Below are positions 38,401-52,465 of a stretch of DNA of 64,000 bases, piece after piece (the stretch's first letter is position 1; each line of letters opens with the position of its first letter). Where the stretch lies: positions 11,718,001-11,782,000 of the forward strand of contig CM120640.1 in NCBI GenBank assembly GCA_051362555.1, read 5' to 3'. The translations under genes were made by a program, and so were the position numbers. The notes below the pieces were generated by a model. The model was not told the origin of the DNA. It worked only from the letters and a program-made list of their open reading frames with translations, and did not search any database. The stretch is from Lingula anatina (Eukaryota; Animalia; Brachiopoda).

Positions 38401-41400
38401 ATAATACTTTAATAGATATACATCAAAAATGAAAAATGAGAATGAAAAGCATGATTAATATTTCAATTATTACAAAATAGAATTTTATTTAGAAAGTGTC
38501 CATTAGTAAGGCAAAATATTATTTAAAAAATTATTTTATGAATATTTACCTTGCTTGATATTTTAATATTTAAAAACTTTGATATAAAATAACCATATTA
38601 TGTATTTAAAAAAGGTGTCTCCCGCAATTTTCATCTTGATCAAGAATACAGTGATTGCAATGATTTATGCAAAACAACCCACCTTAATTCTCTTTCCACT
38701 TCATTCACAGACATCACAGCCGTCCTCTCTGCCTGGTGCTGCGTGATCCTCTCATGTTTTGCTTGCTGCTGTTGATGGTGCAGGTCCAGAGCTTTGTAGC
38801 TGTTGTCAACTATCTTTCTGCTGGTCCCACCCATGTCCCCAGGGGCAAACTCAGCTGCTCCCAGTTTCTGCAGGAAGTCTTGATGGGTAACATATCCTTT
38901 ACCTTCACTGTCATATCTTGCCCAGAGCTTCTTAAACTCTTCTTTCTCCATGTGAAGAATAAACCTGGCCAATGTTGAGCGAAGCTCCTTCTTTGTTATT
39001 ATGCCATTTCCATTTTTATCCATTGAGCAAAATGCCTATAGCAAGGAAAAAAAGAAATAATTACGTGCTGCTGAACTGCTTGTATATTGTCTTGATTAAT
39101 AGAGGGGCAAAGGCTTCAGCACATCAGAAAAATTTTCAAACTGATTCTTAAATATATATAAAATTTGTTTTGAGGTCACATATTTTGTTTATCTGAAGTT
39201 AAATGATATGTCATTTTTCATGGCATTATTTCATGCATCTTTAGTATGATGATAATTATTAAGAGGATCCATCCCTTTTAAAGATTCAAAATCACATAAA
39301 ATCTGAATCCAACATCCAACACTCACCGTGGAAAGGTCTTTCCACTGAGCATGAACTTTTTGAGCTAAAATATCATGCACTGTATCTGCTTGGAGGAGTT
39401 CTGGGTAATATGTATCATTGAACCTAAAAAGTAAATGAAATAATTCCCAATACATGTTGCTGAAAGCAGATAAATGCATAACTGAACTATCTGGTCTGGT
39501 GAGAGTTTTCTCCTTTCATTTTTTAAAAATATCCTACTACTGATACATGTAGAATAAAGAATGCATCAGATGTTCCAATAAAATGAAACCACCTTTAAAA
39601 AAGTGTTAAACAAGTGTTACTAAATTTCCTAATGTCAGTTACCTGTGATCCGAATTGAGCCATTTGTGTCCTTCAGGTGTGTCTCTAATCTCAAAGGCAT
39701 CCAGGAAATCCCGGTAACTTAATTTGGTCTGTTTGGTGAATCCCAATCTTTGACATAATCTCTCAAACTCTTTGTCTGGCATGATGAACATAAAAGCATC
39801 TAGCAGACGACGGAAATTTGCTTTTGTTAAAAGGCCATTATGATCATCATCAAACTTGTAAAACGCACCCCTAAGGTCCTGTAAAGCAGAAGGAATATAT
39901 CAGTTATTCTCAATATAAATAGTTGCAACAAGAATATCAAGATATACAATAGTGCATCTTCCATAAAAAATGCTGAATATTAATCCAAATAATCATTATG
40001 TACTACAATGAATGATGAACTTGTTATATTCAAAATGATTTTTTCATCATTTGAGCTAATAATAATGATGCACTAACATGTATTTGTATAAACAATATCA
40101 TTAAGTTGAATATATATGGTACTAGTATATAATATTATATATAAATAAATGATTTTCAAAACCATATATGATACTCACGGCAAAGTTTTCCCTAAGTTTA
40201 CCGAGAAACTTTGCTTCTACTTGTTCAGCAGTCATTCCCACTTCATCTCCCCTGATGGGGTTCACCCTGTGGTTAGGCTGATGGACATTGCCAGGGGATG
40301 CATCACCAATCCTGGGGTCCTCAAATGCCATTACAAAGTCTGTGTATGAAAGGTGCCCCTTGTAAAACCCAAGCTTTTCTGTCAAATTCTTGAAACATTC
40401 ATCTGACATGACCATGCCGAAGCTGCTAAGAACCTGTAAGAATTTAAAAAATAACCACTCAATTTAATCAAAAAGGAATACTGACCATTTATAGCGTACT
40501 AAAATATATTTCTATCTTCAATGAACTGTAAGCAGTTTTTCTCAAAAAATTTAAGTCATAAAATTATTTGGTATCTTCATAAAATTATCAATTTTTGTAA
40601 GTCAATAGAATTTACATGTGAAATACAATGTAAATGCATTATTTGTAATCACTTACCTCCCTGAAAGACTTCTTTGAAATTTTGCCTTTGCCCTTTTTAT
40701 CAAATGATAAAAAGGAGCGTCTAATTTCTTGATTGTGTTGAGCCATTCTGTCTTTCAGCCTCACAATCACCTCTTCAGGAGTCATGGCATTTGTTCTATC
40801 TAGGTTTGCCTTGTTTTCAAGTGCTTGTCTACAAAACAAAACAAATTAAAAAAAAGCCCCAGTATTAGAGAATCCTTTTCTAACAAATTAATAGTTTTAA
40901 TCTAAAAATCATCTGCGCTCCTTTAAATTCTTTTTGATGTTTTACCTTAGGGTTGATGTGATAACCATTTTATCATTTTTCCTTTGATCTTATGTAAAAT
41001 CACGTTTATGAGAAGTAATATGCAACTTCCCTTTTCTGTGTAATCTTTCAAAGTATTTCACGTACAGAGTGCATTGTTATTTGAGCCAAGGAGTTATAAC
41101 AGAAGGAGATTACACGCGTGGGGGCGGAGCCCGTATTACGGTCTCTCATTGGTCGGAATGAATAGAACCCAGAGAACAATGGATGCCTATCTCTGTTACG
41201 CTTAATTGCTACTCTCGTTTAAATCTCGTTTGTTAGTATCTGTGCCTTCGTCTGTTGATTTTTGAGGACAGAAACAGAAACGGAGTCCCAAGTTTCTAAA
41301 AAATGAGAGAAATACAGAATTTATATGATATTACGTTGGACAAGGTTTTCAAAAAACAGGTAAGTGCTTTAAAATGCATAACTACACGAAATAGGAAGAT

Positions 41401-44400
41401 AAATTGCAACTTTTATGTCGTAGGGTCTCACTGTGTAAGTGCCCAGCTTCACGTTGATCTCGCGAGGTGGTGTGTGGAGAATAAATATTGCACGAAAAAT
41501 ATTTCCCACTCATAACAAGTGCCTATAAATATAGTATCAGATGAAGAAAGTTTGGTCTTTATACAGTTGCAATTGTTAAGTAATTTGTGGCAATAGCAAA
41601 GAATAAAACTTAGGTGCACTTTCAGTAGCCGAATAACAAGCAGATGCTTAAGCCGCCATCTTGTTAATATTTCGAAAAAAAAAATTACTCCAAAAGACAT
41701 TTTCCTCCTACTTTTTGAAACTTGTGTCACATGACAGTCATAAAATTTAACTAATTGTTATGTGTGCAACACACTTGCTTGAGCAGTATTGTTTTTTTTT
41801 TGCGATTTTACATGTGGTCTAGCTTGGATACGACAATTGACAATTTTCATGAGTTCCGATCAAAAAGTGTTACGCTTGTTATGGCCAAAAGCCTTACCGC
41901 TTTTTGTACTTTTCAAATGCAAGATTATAAAAAAATTTGGTGTGTTTAGATTCTTGAACATCTTGGTCGTGGCGTGGTATATATTGCATGGATACTGCTC
42001 CAATATTTCTTGAAAAAAATAACCCGATTTGTTCAGAATACCAATTTTTTACTCTAGTGTTATGGGTAAATGTACCATTTTGGCCTTTACCTTTTTCATG
42101 TCTAAATCTAAAAAGACTTATCATGACAGTTGGTCATCATTTTTCTTCTCACCATGGTGGGTGGCTTTGGAGTGGTAACTTTGTTGTTAAAGTAAAGTGC
42201 TCAGTTTTTTTGACTGGAAAATTTTGCCTCCACCCAGCATTTTCCATCATGGCGGTCTAACAGGAAGTTTGACTTCACAGTGTCTTTGGTATAGTTATTT
42301 TTAACTTATTTAGTCTTCTTTTTACATATATATGTTTTAATTCATATTAAACCTTTGAAAAAAGAACACACATGAATCCTGGTGCTTCTTAATTTAAAGT
42401 CTTAAGGTTTTAAGTTCACCTAGGCTCCACCAATTACTTTACCTGTTATCTCACTACACATCTCTCTTTGAGTCGAGGTGTGTAAGACACACTTTATTGT
42501 GTAAGACACCTCTGTAATTAAGGGGTACTTGCTTCTCTACTTAAATTATACTTCACTACTTTGGCATGTTAGGTGGCAAGCTTGGATGTTTCAGTTCATT
42601 TTAAGAAAGAAGCTTTGCCTTGGTGGTTACAAAAGAATAGAACTCTATTAAGGTTTATTCATTACTTGAAATTAAATATTTCATCTTGTAGTGTTGAAAC
42701 AGAAATTCTCTCAAAATTGATAATGAATTTGACATGCATATCTTAACACTACTCAAGTTTTTTTTTCTATTATAGATATGGGAGAAGGCTGCATTGAATA
42801 TATGAATTATGGTCAGGCTGGAAAAAATTAAAATATGTCAATGAAAAAAGGAGGTCAGTGTGTCTGGGGTAAGTTACTTTTGTCATAATGCCTAAGATGC
42901 ATTAAACATTCACTAACAACAGTACCCTTTTTAATTTTTTTTTCAAAATACAACAACCTTGGGCATTTTCCTTTTAGCAACCAGCCTCTCTGAAATCCCC
43001 TTTTTGTCCTGTCAGAAGAGTAGGGACCAGGGCGGATTTAAATAATTTCTTGTAATAAGTACAATTTCTTTCAATTTCTTGGGGTTATTAGCTTGTGATC
43101 ATGAATCTTGATGTTCTATATGAATTTAGTTGTAAATTGTTCATTTATGTGGTGAACATTATTTCAGTCAAGTCATAACAAGACACATTAAACTTCACTG
43201 CATAATTCCATAATGTCTACATGGATACTAGTAGTTCATAATGCTATTATTATGTTTTTTTTTCTAACCTACAGGTTTCTCTCTTTTCTGAGTGGCATGG
43301 CATTAGCAAGGCAGAAGAAAAGGCCCTGAAGAAATTCTCACTTGAGTTGTCCTTTTTGGAGAAGAAACTGGATAAGACTGGCCAACAGAGATTGCATTAA
43401 ATTAATAGTGCTCCTTTATGACATTTTAAAATATTTTCAGTCACCTAACTGACTCTATACATTGCAAAAGTGGACATAAATTTTATGTTACTGTTACGTG
43501 GAAAAAAATTCAAAACCTATATATAAATTGTTGATTGCCAGTGAAATTTCTGTTTCAGTGAAATTTCTTTAAAGCAGTCACTTACTGCTTACTTACCAGT
43601 TAATTTTTTCAGCTGTTACATTTTATAAATGTTCTTACTAAGTGTTGTCTTGATCTATAATAACCTTTTGAAAATCCCATGTTTTTCATCCTATTTGTAA
43701 GAATTAACCACTTTATCTTCTAGGATTTTTTATTTCATTCGGCCCATTAGATTCTCAGACCTTGCTGGCCTGTAAGTGGAATAGTATCTGGCACAGACTG
43801 GTATCAGCAAGTCAGATAAAAAAGAATATAATTATTTCTATTTGCACGGTTGAAAAAAATGCCATCATAGACTGCATAAAACTGGAAAACTGTAGCAACT
43901 TAATCATTCTTTATGACTTCATTTATTACTGCTTATGTGTAAAATTTTTGTTTTTGTTCTTCTATTGATATAATAAAATGGTTTTACTCACAGATTCTAC
44001 TTTCATGAGTATAGAGTGCTTGCATGAGTATAGAGTTGACTTAAAAGATATTTTAAGTTAATATAGTAAATAATAGTTTGAAATTCAATATTCTCATCTT
44101 TATTTGTTTCACTTTAAAGAGCTCAGTGAATACTAAAATTTCTGATATATTTTGTACATAAATATATTTCTGAATGAATAAAAATTATTCTTAATGTATA
44201 GCACTGTGCACTTGTTTACCGACAAATATGAACAGTGTTAGTACGTGTCAAATAATCCTGAAAAAAAGGGAAATTTCCAAGATAAAGAAATTTATAACGA
44301 GTATTCAGTAAACTGACGTGTCGTGGCATTGCCTCAACCTTGGATTAAAATTTTAATTAAATGCATTATAATATTAAAATTATACCGAGTGAGAGAAAAA

Positions 44401-46052
44401 ATACTTTAAGAAATTTAAAACCAGACACAAAGCGTAGGCACTGTCACAATGTATATGTTTATGGGACCCAAGGGCAGGAGGGTCCAAACGTTAATGTATT
44501 AATATTATGTCCTTTGGCAGTGAGGACAGACGTTCACTTGAACGTCATTTTCACAAACCACAGTTGGGACATTTTCTTTTGACTTCTCCTTCGTGATTTT
44601 TCACCGGGTTGTGCCATAAAAAAGCCATCTATCACCGACTAAAAAAAGCTCATGGCGACCATCCTCAGTCACCACCTTATAATCGCTTTCTATGATATCG
44701 TTCCCTTCCAGCACATCGTCCAAATAATTACCTGTGAAAAAAATCGTCAGCATACAGCGGCGCTTTGACATTACTGATCTCGAATTCTAACGTGAAATAA
44801 CGCATATGAAATTTATCTCCAAGCTGAGGAGAGCGACGCAGACGAAACCTTGAGACCGGAGGCCCCCGGTAGCTAGCTCCGCCCACCGTAACAGACATCG
44901 GACAATAGAAAGGCTTGCGTGTAATCTCCTTCTGTTATAACTCCTTGTTTGAGCAGACATGTACATGTATCAATAGTTTACATACCTTTCCTGCAGGTCA
45001 GTTGCACGCCTGAGTTCCTCCTGCTTACTGCCCTCAGTGATTTGAGTGCTGAGTCCCACAACATCCCCTGGCTTCACATCAACACCCAAACGGATCATGA
45101 ACTCAACATAGTTCACCTTGTCATTGGCATGGCTCTCACACCTACTCAGCATGCTACAGAAATAGAGAAATTACAATATTAATTACAACATATCCTCTGT
45201 CTTCACACATTTATTGTATCACTGAGCACAATTTCCACCTAACACTGACTTATGTCTAGGATCAAGAATAAAAAAAATTAAGGTCTAGCAAAAAAGCATA
45301 GCGTTTAGACGTAGCTGTGCAATTAACCATTATTTGACTCACAGTACTTTTGATCCTTCAGGTACATACTGCAATTTACAATCTCATTTATTTTCAAAAG
45401 TGAAAATCTAATATATATCATTTCTTGCTTAAGATAAAGTTACCATACTTACTTTGCAAAATGTTCCTCTGACACAGGCAAACAGAACTTGTCCAAAATC
45501 CTGCGAAGTTGTCCATCTTGTATCATACCATCTCCCCTCTCATCATACGCAACCAGTGCCACAGAGATAGGACGCCAGTTGTCTGTGGCCTTGTCACGCA
45601 GGATCTCCTCCACCTAAAGAAAATAATACACACATATAGTACATGAAAGTGCAACATAGCAGGTTGAATGCACAGTATATCCATGTACATGTATGGTACA
45701 TGTCTGCCTCTGATGTACATGTACTCGCGGATATATAAAGCCTGAAAGTGCTAGTGAAAGTAACTCTTCTACAATTAAGTCTACAGAAAAATGTAAAAAC
45801 CTGAGACCTAAATGCAAAAGGGCAAGTATTGGTAGTAAATATGGTGCACTGTATGATGAGTTTGAAATGGAGGCTTCATTTACAGTATGTGTAAGCATGA
45901 ACAGATACACCCTTTTTGAATAATGTGCACCAAGGGCAAAAAGGAAAAAGAAAAAACTTACTGTTTCCCAAGCCAATATTGTAGGTCTAGGATGGTTGTT
46001 GAATCTGTGAACAGAATTTAGCCATTTGTGACCCTCCTGCAAAAGTCAACAA

Positions 46053-46089
<37 letters not shown>

Positions 46090-49000
46090 TAAATAAATAA
46101 ATAAGAAATAATAAGAAGGTTCAGAAATTGTTTTTTCTTACAGTTAGTGATAAATGACTTCCCTTAAGAGCACACCACAAAAACCATTTTAACTTGAATC
46201 ATTTGTAATTATGTGACATGTATTTAATTTATTAAATCCATGCAAACACAAAAAATGATGATAAATTGTTAATCTATGTTAAGTTGCCTTTACTTACCTT
46301 AGTTTCTCTTGGTTCGAATAACTGTAGGAATTTTAGATATGAGATGTAGTTAGTTTTGTTGGGGTCAAGTCTATCACACATCAGTTGGAACTCATCGTTG
46401 CTCAACTTGATTTTGAAATTCTTGATAATTTTTTTGAACTCCTTTCTTGTTATTCTGCCATCACGATTCTAAAACATAATGATAAACATAATGATTAATC
46501 AACAATCCAATATCTTTTCAGGGTATAAAACATAATTTCTTAGCAATTAGATTAAATGCGCCCCCCCCCCCCCCCAATTTTTTTTTACTTCTTTTCAAGT
46601 TGGTAATTAATTATTTTCTTTTTACTTAATAGCTGACTCTTTTAATATTTTTACTCTTGTCCTTATTTCACTGTTAATATTAGTATTTACCTGATCAATT
46701 TGCAAAAATGCATTCTTAAAGCTGCTGTAACCATTTTCAATCTTGTTACGAAGAAGAGATAAGATTCCATCAGCATCCATCGTTTCTTTAGTTTCACGAA
46801 TTGGGAAGTACCTTTAAAAGATGCAATCAGCTGTCATAAGACAAGTTTTTCTAAGAATTTTTGCTGTGTTTGTTGAAGTCTCAACTGAAATAGCATATGC
46901 ACACATGTTCAGAATAAATGTATGTTTCATTAAGGACTAAACCTACAATACAATAGTTTATTTAACTTGTTAATAAAAGAACTACAGGCAGTCTCTCTCT
47001 CTTAAAAAATGTGCCTACCAATTTTGAATAACCCTGTATGGCACTTACTTATGATTTACTCTCATTGGCACAGTTTGTCCATTGCCAGAGCCCTGAGGAT
47101 CTTGAAACTTGTCCAAAAACCACTCCCACTGAATTTTACCTGAAGCCTTGACAAGACACCTGAATAAAAGAATAATTGCACACAATTAAAGACAATGAAA
47201 AATGAGCTTTCAACTGCACACTGTTTTTAGTATTCACATATTTCTAACTTCACAACTGTATAACTGTCTTTAGGCCTATAATTTTTAATAATTATTCACA
47301 TCAAATTTCTGAATAGAACCAAATAAACAAACTCTTTACCTTCAAAACATTGTGTAGGCATCTTTAAAATAATAGATTCTATACTTAGCATGACAAGTCT
47401 GAACAACATGTAAAATACCTTTCCATGAGTTGTTGAAAGAGCTGGTCAGACATGGGAACAGTGAAACTGATTAAGATTGATTTTAGATCTTCTAAATCAA
47501 CAAATCCATTTTTCTCTGCATCAAATGCTAGGAAGGCTCTTTTTAAATTGCCATAATTGCTTCTCATCTGAAAAAAATTCAAAAGAAAAGGTTAAAATGG
47601 TAATAATAATTACCAGCAGTATATATTTTGTGTAATTATCTTTCAATTCAAAAATGTTTAAAAGTACAAAAGGAATATAAAAAAGAACAGAACAGTGTAT
47701 CTTAAACAACTAGTACCTTTTTCCTGAACTCTATTTCTATTTGGTCAAAATTAAGTCCCTTTAATGCATTATCCCTATCTTCAAAGATTTTTCTCCTGTA
47801 TTCTTCTAGTTTGGGCTTCAAAGGTGCTTGATCCCAGACCATAGCTGTAAGAAAAATACAAAAATGTCATTTAACATTATAACTGATTAAGAATATTGTC
47901 ACCCTTCACCCAGACCTTCTTATTTACTGCCTTACATGCATCCTTTTGGGTAATAAATAAATCTTCAGGGTTCAGTGACTAAATTAATTAATTTATACAT
48001 ATGTCATGTTACAAGTGACGTCATAATTGTGATTTTGGGGTAAAAACTGAAAAATCAGTTTCTTAAATTTCTCTTTTACCTGAGCACCCAAGATCATCAT
48101 TTCATTGCCAATTTAATGGCACCATTTAGTAGTCCAAAATCCTGCCAGCAATGTTTCTTAAAAGTCTCAGTTCAGATTTTATCGTTGATAAGGCAAAATA
48201 ATGCCTTTGTTTAATGAAAATATGTAATTAGGGGCTCATAACTTCACTTCATTTAAACCAAAATAATGCCATGGGATTGTAGCCTATACATTCCTGGTCA
48301 ACTCTGCCAATTTTTGTAATAAAATCTCATTCAGAGAGGAAGTTACACCCCACACACCTCAAAATAGAAAGGTATGAAACTGAGGATTAAAGCTTTGAGT
48401 TGCTTATGCTTATTCATTGCAACGAAAAATTATAAACGCCAATATTTTATATTTTCAAGAGTTTTTTCATTGTTTTAAATCAGCACAAAGAAAAAGGCAT
48501 TATTGAAAAATTAGATGCAGGAATAGACTCATTTTTGGCATCTGATTTATAATAAAGGGTAACAATATCCTTTAGTGGATTTTTTATGTTTCAACTTCAC
48601 AATTATATATGCATAACATAATAAAACATTTTTCAAAAATTAACTATGTCTGTTTGACTATCCCTCTCTGTCTGCCTTTATCTGTCTCTTCTTGTCTGCC
48701 TGCCTGCCTGTTTGTGTCTGTATGCATGTACGTCTGTCTCTCTGTCCATCCATCCATCTGTCTGTCTGTCTCTTAAATAGTTAGATATCCATTTGTCTGG
48801 CTGTCTTTAAATCTGTAATATAGGTACAAAGTGTGTGTGTGTGTGTGTGTGTGTGAGTGTGTGTGTTATCGATGCCATACCTCCTTTTGTACCCTGTGGC
48901 TCCTGTGGTTTTGTGGTTGTATTCTCCACTCTGACACCCAACCTCCGCAGAAAGTCAATATAATCCACCAAGCCACTGTGATGGTAGTCATACCTCTGCC

Positions 49001-51899
49001 AAAGCCTGATTAATCAAATTATATACTGTGAAAATCTAGCACAAAGGCAAATGGCAAGGCATTTTTTGGCTGTGAATTTCAATATTATATTATGTTCATT
49101 GCATAAATTTGGTTGAAGGTTCAAAAATTTAATTGACACAACAAAGTTAATCAATTTTATTAGCAAGTCAATCAATAAATAAAAGTATTATTCTGTTTTT
49201 ACAGTACTAACTAAAATTGACAGAGGGCCCATAACAAAATGCAAGTTTATGTCTTAGTTTAAAAGCTCAATAACATGTTGATTTATTTTACAACTTCGAC
49301 CAATCTAAAAATGCCTTAATTTGTTTTCTATGAAACATACTTGTCAAACTGCTGATCAGTTATTTTGAAGCAGTAATTCTCCAGGACTTTCCTGAGGTCA
49401 TGACGTTGTACCTTGCCATCTCTGTTATAATCAAAGAGATGGAAGGATTTAACAATGTTTCTCACATTTGGCACAAGCTGGAAAAAAAAAGATACAATTT
49501 GACTTTGGATAGATTGAATATACAAGGAGCTTTATTCCTCACCACCCTACCAAATGAACACTCACACAAACGAGTATCTTAAAAAGCTCATTAGTTTTGC
49601 TGTCCTAATATTTTTGTTCATCGTGTTTAAAAATTGGCTTAGTTACAGGTACATTAATCAATGCCAGGATCATAGCCGGATATTGAAAGGAGCCAAAGTG
49701 CCCCATCCCCCGCTACAGGGGTCTGGACAGTTTATTTTGGGGTCAGTCTAAGTATTAATGTTAATCTAGAGAATTTTTACATAGAATTAAGTGTTTCATT
49801 TTTTTCCACATACATGATGTAGTTATGGTTAGGAGTGGACAAGCTTTACTTTACCAAATGATATCATGCAGTGTGTGTACAACTTTGGTAATAGTAATTA
49901 ATAGAGCACAGACAGACAACCAACCTTGTCCCTCAACATTTTCTCTAATTGGTCTATATTCATATGCTCCTTGGGGCCTTGAGTTTGCATATATCTACAA
50001 TAAGAAAAAAATTAAGTCAAGAGCATATTACCATACTTTCTTAAAGTAGTTCACATTTAAGAGCACATTCAGAACAAGATGATCTATGAACTAACAGATC
50101 CACGGCCTAAAATATGGGCAACCCCACTCAAAAGGAAGCCCCCTAATTCTTCTTTCATGTGGGGTCCACCATATTTGATCCATGGATCAGAAGATCCTCA
50201 GATCTACTGTTCTGAATACACTCAAGGTCATCAGATATTATAAAGGTATAAAAAAACCCCTGAATGATCCCCTGTGAAGTTTACTGAAGTTACCGAGGTG
50301 AAAAGAATATCATAAATCTTATGTCTACAAAAACTAACATAAATTTTCTATGCATGTTCATGTATCAGTATAGAATCTGCTTACTTATGTGTTCCACTGA
50401 TCCATTTCTCTGATTTCATTGGCTCATGTCCATGGAACTTATCAAGGAAATCACAGTATTTAACAGTGCCATTTCTGCTTAGTTCAACCTTAATAGAAAA
50501 AAGAAGTAATGAATAATAATGCATATGCGTAATAATAATAAGAAAATTTTTGTTTTACTGTTAGTACTACTGTTAGTAACTACAGAATTCTTCAGTTAAG
50601 ATAATTAACTTAAGTGATTTTTTTTACAAAAACTTTCAAAATGTATAACACATTGAAGCACTTATTCTTACAGAAATTAACTTTTGTTCCTTATGACTTC
50701 TCATCAGAGAAAATGACAAATTGTAAACTGATCATGTCATTTAGATAGTCAGAGAATCTGACAACAAGAACAGTTAATGTACATGTATCAGGGGCGGATC
50801 CAGAGATATTTTCTGACAGTCTTCCAGATTATCTTTGTTGATCCATCCTCCATTTTGACCGTCTTCCGACAGAAAAAATTAGATAGACCTACCCGTCACA
50901 TGATGTTAACTTAAAAATCTGACCATCTTCCAGAAGACCCAGAAGACGGCCTAAATCCGCCCCTGTGTATATTACCTTGGCGATGATTCCATTAAATTGT
51001 TCTGTTGTCAAGGGAAAACAGAAAGACTCCAAAACTCTCCTGAACTCGCCCTTGGTAACTGCTAGACTCTGATCTATATCATAATTCTGGAAGGCCTGTA
51101 GATTAAACACAGAGAATTAATGACTTACATTAAATATAATTGTTTTACAGCTAAATTACTTTTGAAAAACCTATTAAACTATAAGGACTTTTAAGTTTGT
51201 TAAAACAAACATTTCAAGTTACTAGCAATTATCTTGCACTCAAAAGGCAGTATTGTTTCAGTGCTTTTTTTACCTGGTGCAATGCATCATATTTAGTCTT
51301 GACTTTTTCCCTGAGCAAGGATTCCACTTCAATAACTGATAAACTAGGGTTAGCATTTGTCATAGCAGACGTGGCTGAATTATTTCCTTGGGTGCCTGAA
51401 ATATTCAATTGTAATTAGCAAATGTGTACAAATATAATGACATAAGTCACATATGTCATTCTTCACAATAAATTGCAGTCAAAAAACCCCACAAACTTTA
51501 ATATAGACATATCTCTAAAATCATTTCAAGTTGTAGTTTAACAGTCCATATGAAGTTACAATGTATGTAATACATTGGATGTTTGTATAAAGGAAAACAT
51601 ATTTACTGGTACACTGGATTTGATGCTGCCTAACTTTGTGAATGTTTGATAAGAGTTTTTGAAAAAAAAAAAAGACACCATCAATATGCAGATAAACCCT
51701 TGTTGAATCTCTGATTTATAACAGAAATCAACATCTTACCAACTGTTTGTACATCAGGTTTCTGCTGTTCTAGAGCATGGCGACCCTGGGGTATCACCTT
51801 CAGTTGGGTGCCTGTCCTCAGTGGCAGTGCTGGTCTCTCAGTAAAAGTTGCCCCTTGTGTTGCAGGGCGCAATCCTGGCATAACTGCGCTCGCAGCCAT
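32401..51899 (-). CDS. EFCAB6: EF-hand calcium-binding domain-containing protein 6, 28 coding exons, ~1557 aa
   Basis: Phase-consistent GT-AG exons: 51899-51740, 51395-51274, 51095-50976, 50488-50385, 49994-49925, 49477-49341, 49005-48881, 47844-47717, 47567-47419, 47159-47049, 46811-46691, 46468-46298, 46036-45962, 45613-45453, 45153-44986, 40828-40657, 40433-40179, 39878-39643, 39423-39327, 39035-38683, 38327-38172, 36802-36613, 36350-36159, 35900-35667, 35362-35174, 34658-34439, 34112-33934, 32679-32401. Many tandem EF-hand pairs; diagnostic VTKGEFRRVLESFCFPLTTEQF and terminal YYDKDLKGKISYNDFIGAFL. Confidence 0.9.
33291..33509 (-). CDS. EFCAB6: Putative alternative terminal exon of EFCAB6 (72 aa, acidic then basic)
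   Basis: tag| acceptor, phase 0 matching the donor at 33934. Open for 72 codons: EKIDEEDDDNKENGVSDALDVTMSARSSRTRKRHRRSKTDSYKFEMERTMTLEALVQDILWKTKHKDEARSH*. Confidence 0.55.
   Translation of the reverse strand, partial: EKIDEEDDDNKENGVSDALDVTMSARSSRTRKRHRRSKTDSYKFEMERTMTLEALVQDILWKTKHKDEARSH
41087..44947. mobile_element. 3861-bp P-superfamily-like non-autonomous DNA transposon in an EFCAB6 intron
   Basis: Perfect 31-bp TIR CAAGGAGTTATAACAGAAGGAGATTACACGC; 7-bp TSD TTTGAGC (41080-41086 and 44948-44954); no long ORF inside. Confidence 0.88.
46054..46112. repeat. (AAT)n / (AAAT)n microsatellite just upstream of an EFCAB6 acceptor
   Basis: Directly visible. Confidence 0.85.
48660..48866. repeat. 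Degenerate (TCTG/TGCC/TCCA)n tract followed by (TG)n
   Basis: Directly visible low-complexity repeats in an EFCAB6 intron. Confidence 0.85.
50061..50223. mobile_element. Degenerate palindromic MITE remnant
   Basis: Inverted arms GAG..ATTCAGAACA..GATCT..GATCCA.GG..AAATATGG..ACCCCAC match the reverse complement of the right half. Confidence 0.6.
50789..50965. mobile_element. CAGGGGCGGAT-terminated MITE with 5-bp TSD
   Basis: TIR CAGGGGCGGAT / ATCCGCCCCTG; TGTAT on both flanks; inserted 10 nt into the intron after the EFCAB6 donor at 50976. Confidence 0.75.
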
Positions 51900-52303
51900 G
51901 ACTCAATTCTAAAATGAAGAAATGAAAAATGTTGAACTGGCATTTAATGAGTGATATACTTTTATAAAACTGAATGTGTAAGATCCAGCAGTAAACATAC
52001 ATGTATAGGCAAAGGCTGTGGCTACATTGTAAAGTGGCAGCAGCAGAATTATGATTTAGATTTTTTTTTAATGCATGGAAGCGACACCAATTTTAAATTA
52101 AGTATCAAAATGCGCATCTTTCGAGATCTTATCAAAACTTTAGGATTACATACATTTATATGTGTATTATTACACACATTTATATTATATTATTAATAAT
52201 ACTTACTTGTCGAGAGAGTACCCTATAATTATTAATATCATTAATATTTTAATCAATCAGTTCATTTGAATTTTAATGTACTTTTTTCAAACACAAGACT
52301 TAC

Positions 52304-52465
52304 CTGCAGTTTGAATTAATATATTGTCTGATACACCGGGAACTTCAAAAGTTGTTCCCTGTCATCATCAGTAGTGAAACAACCATCCTCACGCTCCTTG
52401 CGTGTTATGGTAGTGCACGTTGCTATGTAATCGATTCATGAATGGAGGTCGTTGCCATATTGTCA
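52304..52465 (-). promoter_or_regulatory. EFCAB6 non-coding first exon and promoter with RFX X-box-like sites
   Basis: Strong minus-strand donor CAG|gtaagt at 52304; CpG-containing patch; GTTGCTATGTAAT at 52419 and a GTTGCCAT half-site at 52451, as expected for a ciliary gene. Confidence 0.55.

Noticed and set aside
51607-51629. 23-nt microexon-like segment in EFCAB6 coding intron 1
   Set aside because: Its length would break the frame, and the flanking exons join in phase without it.
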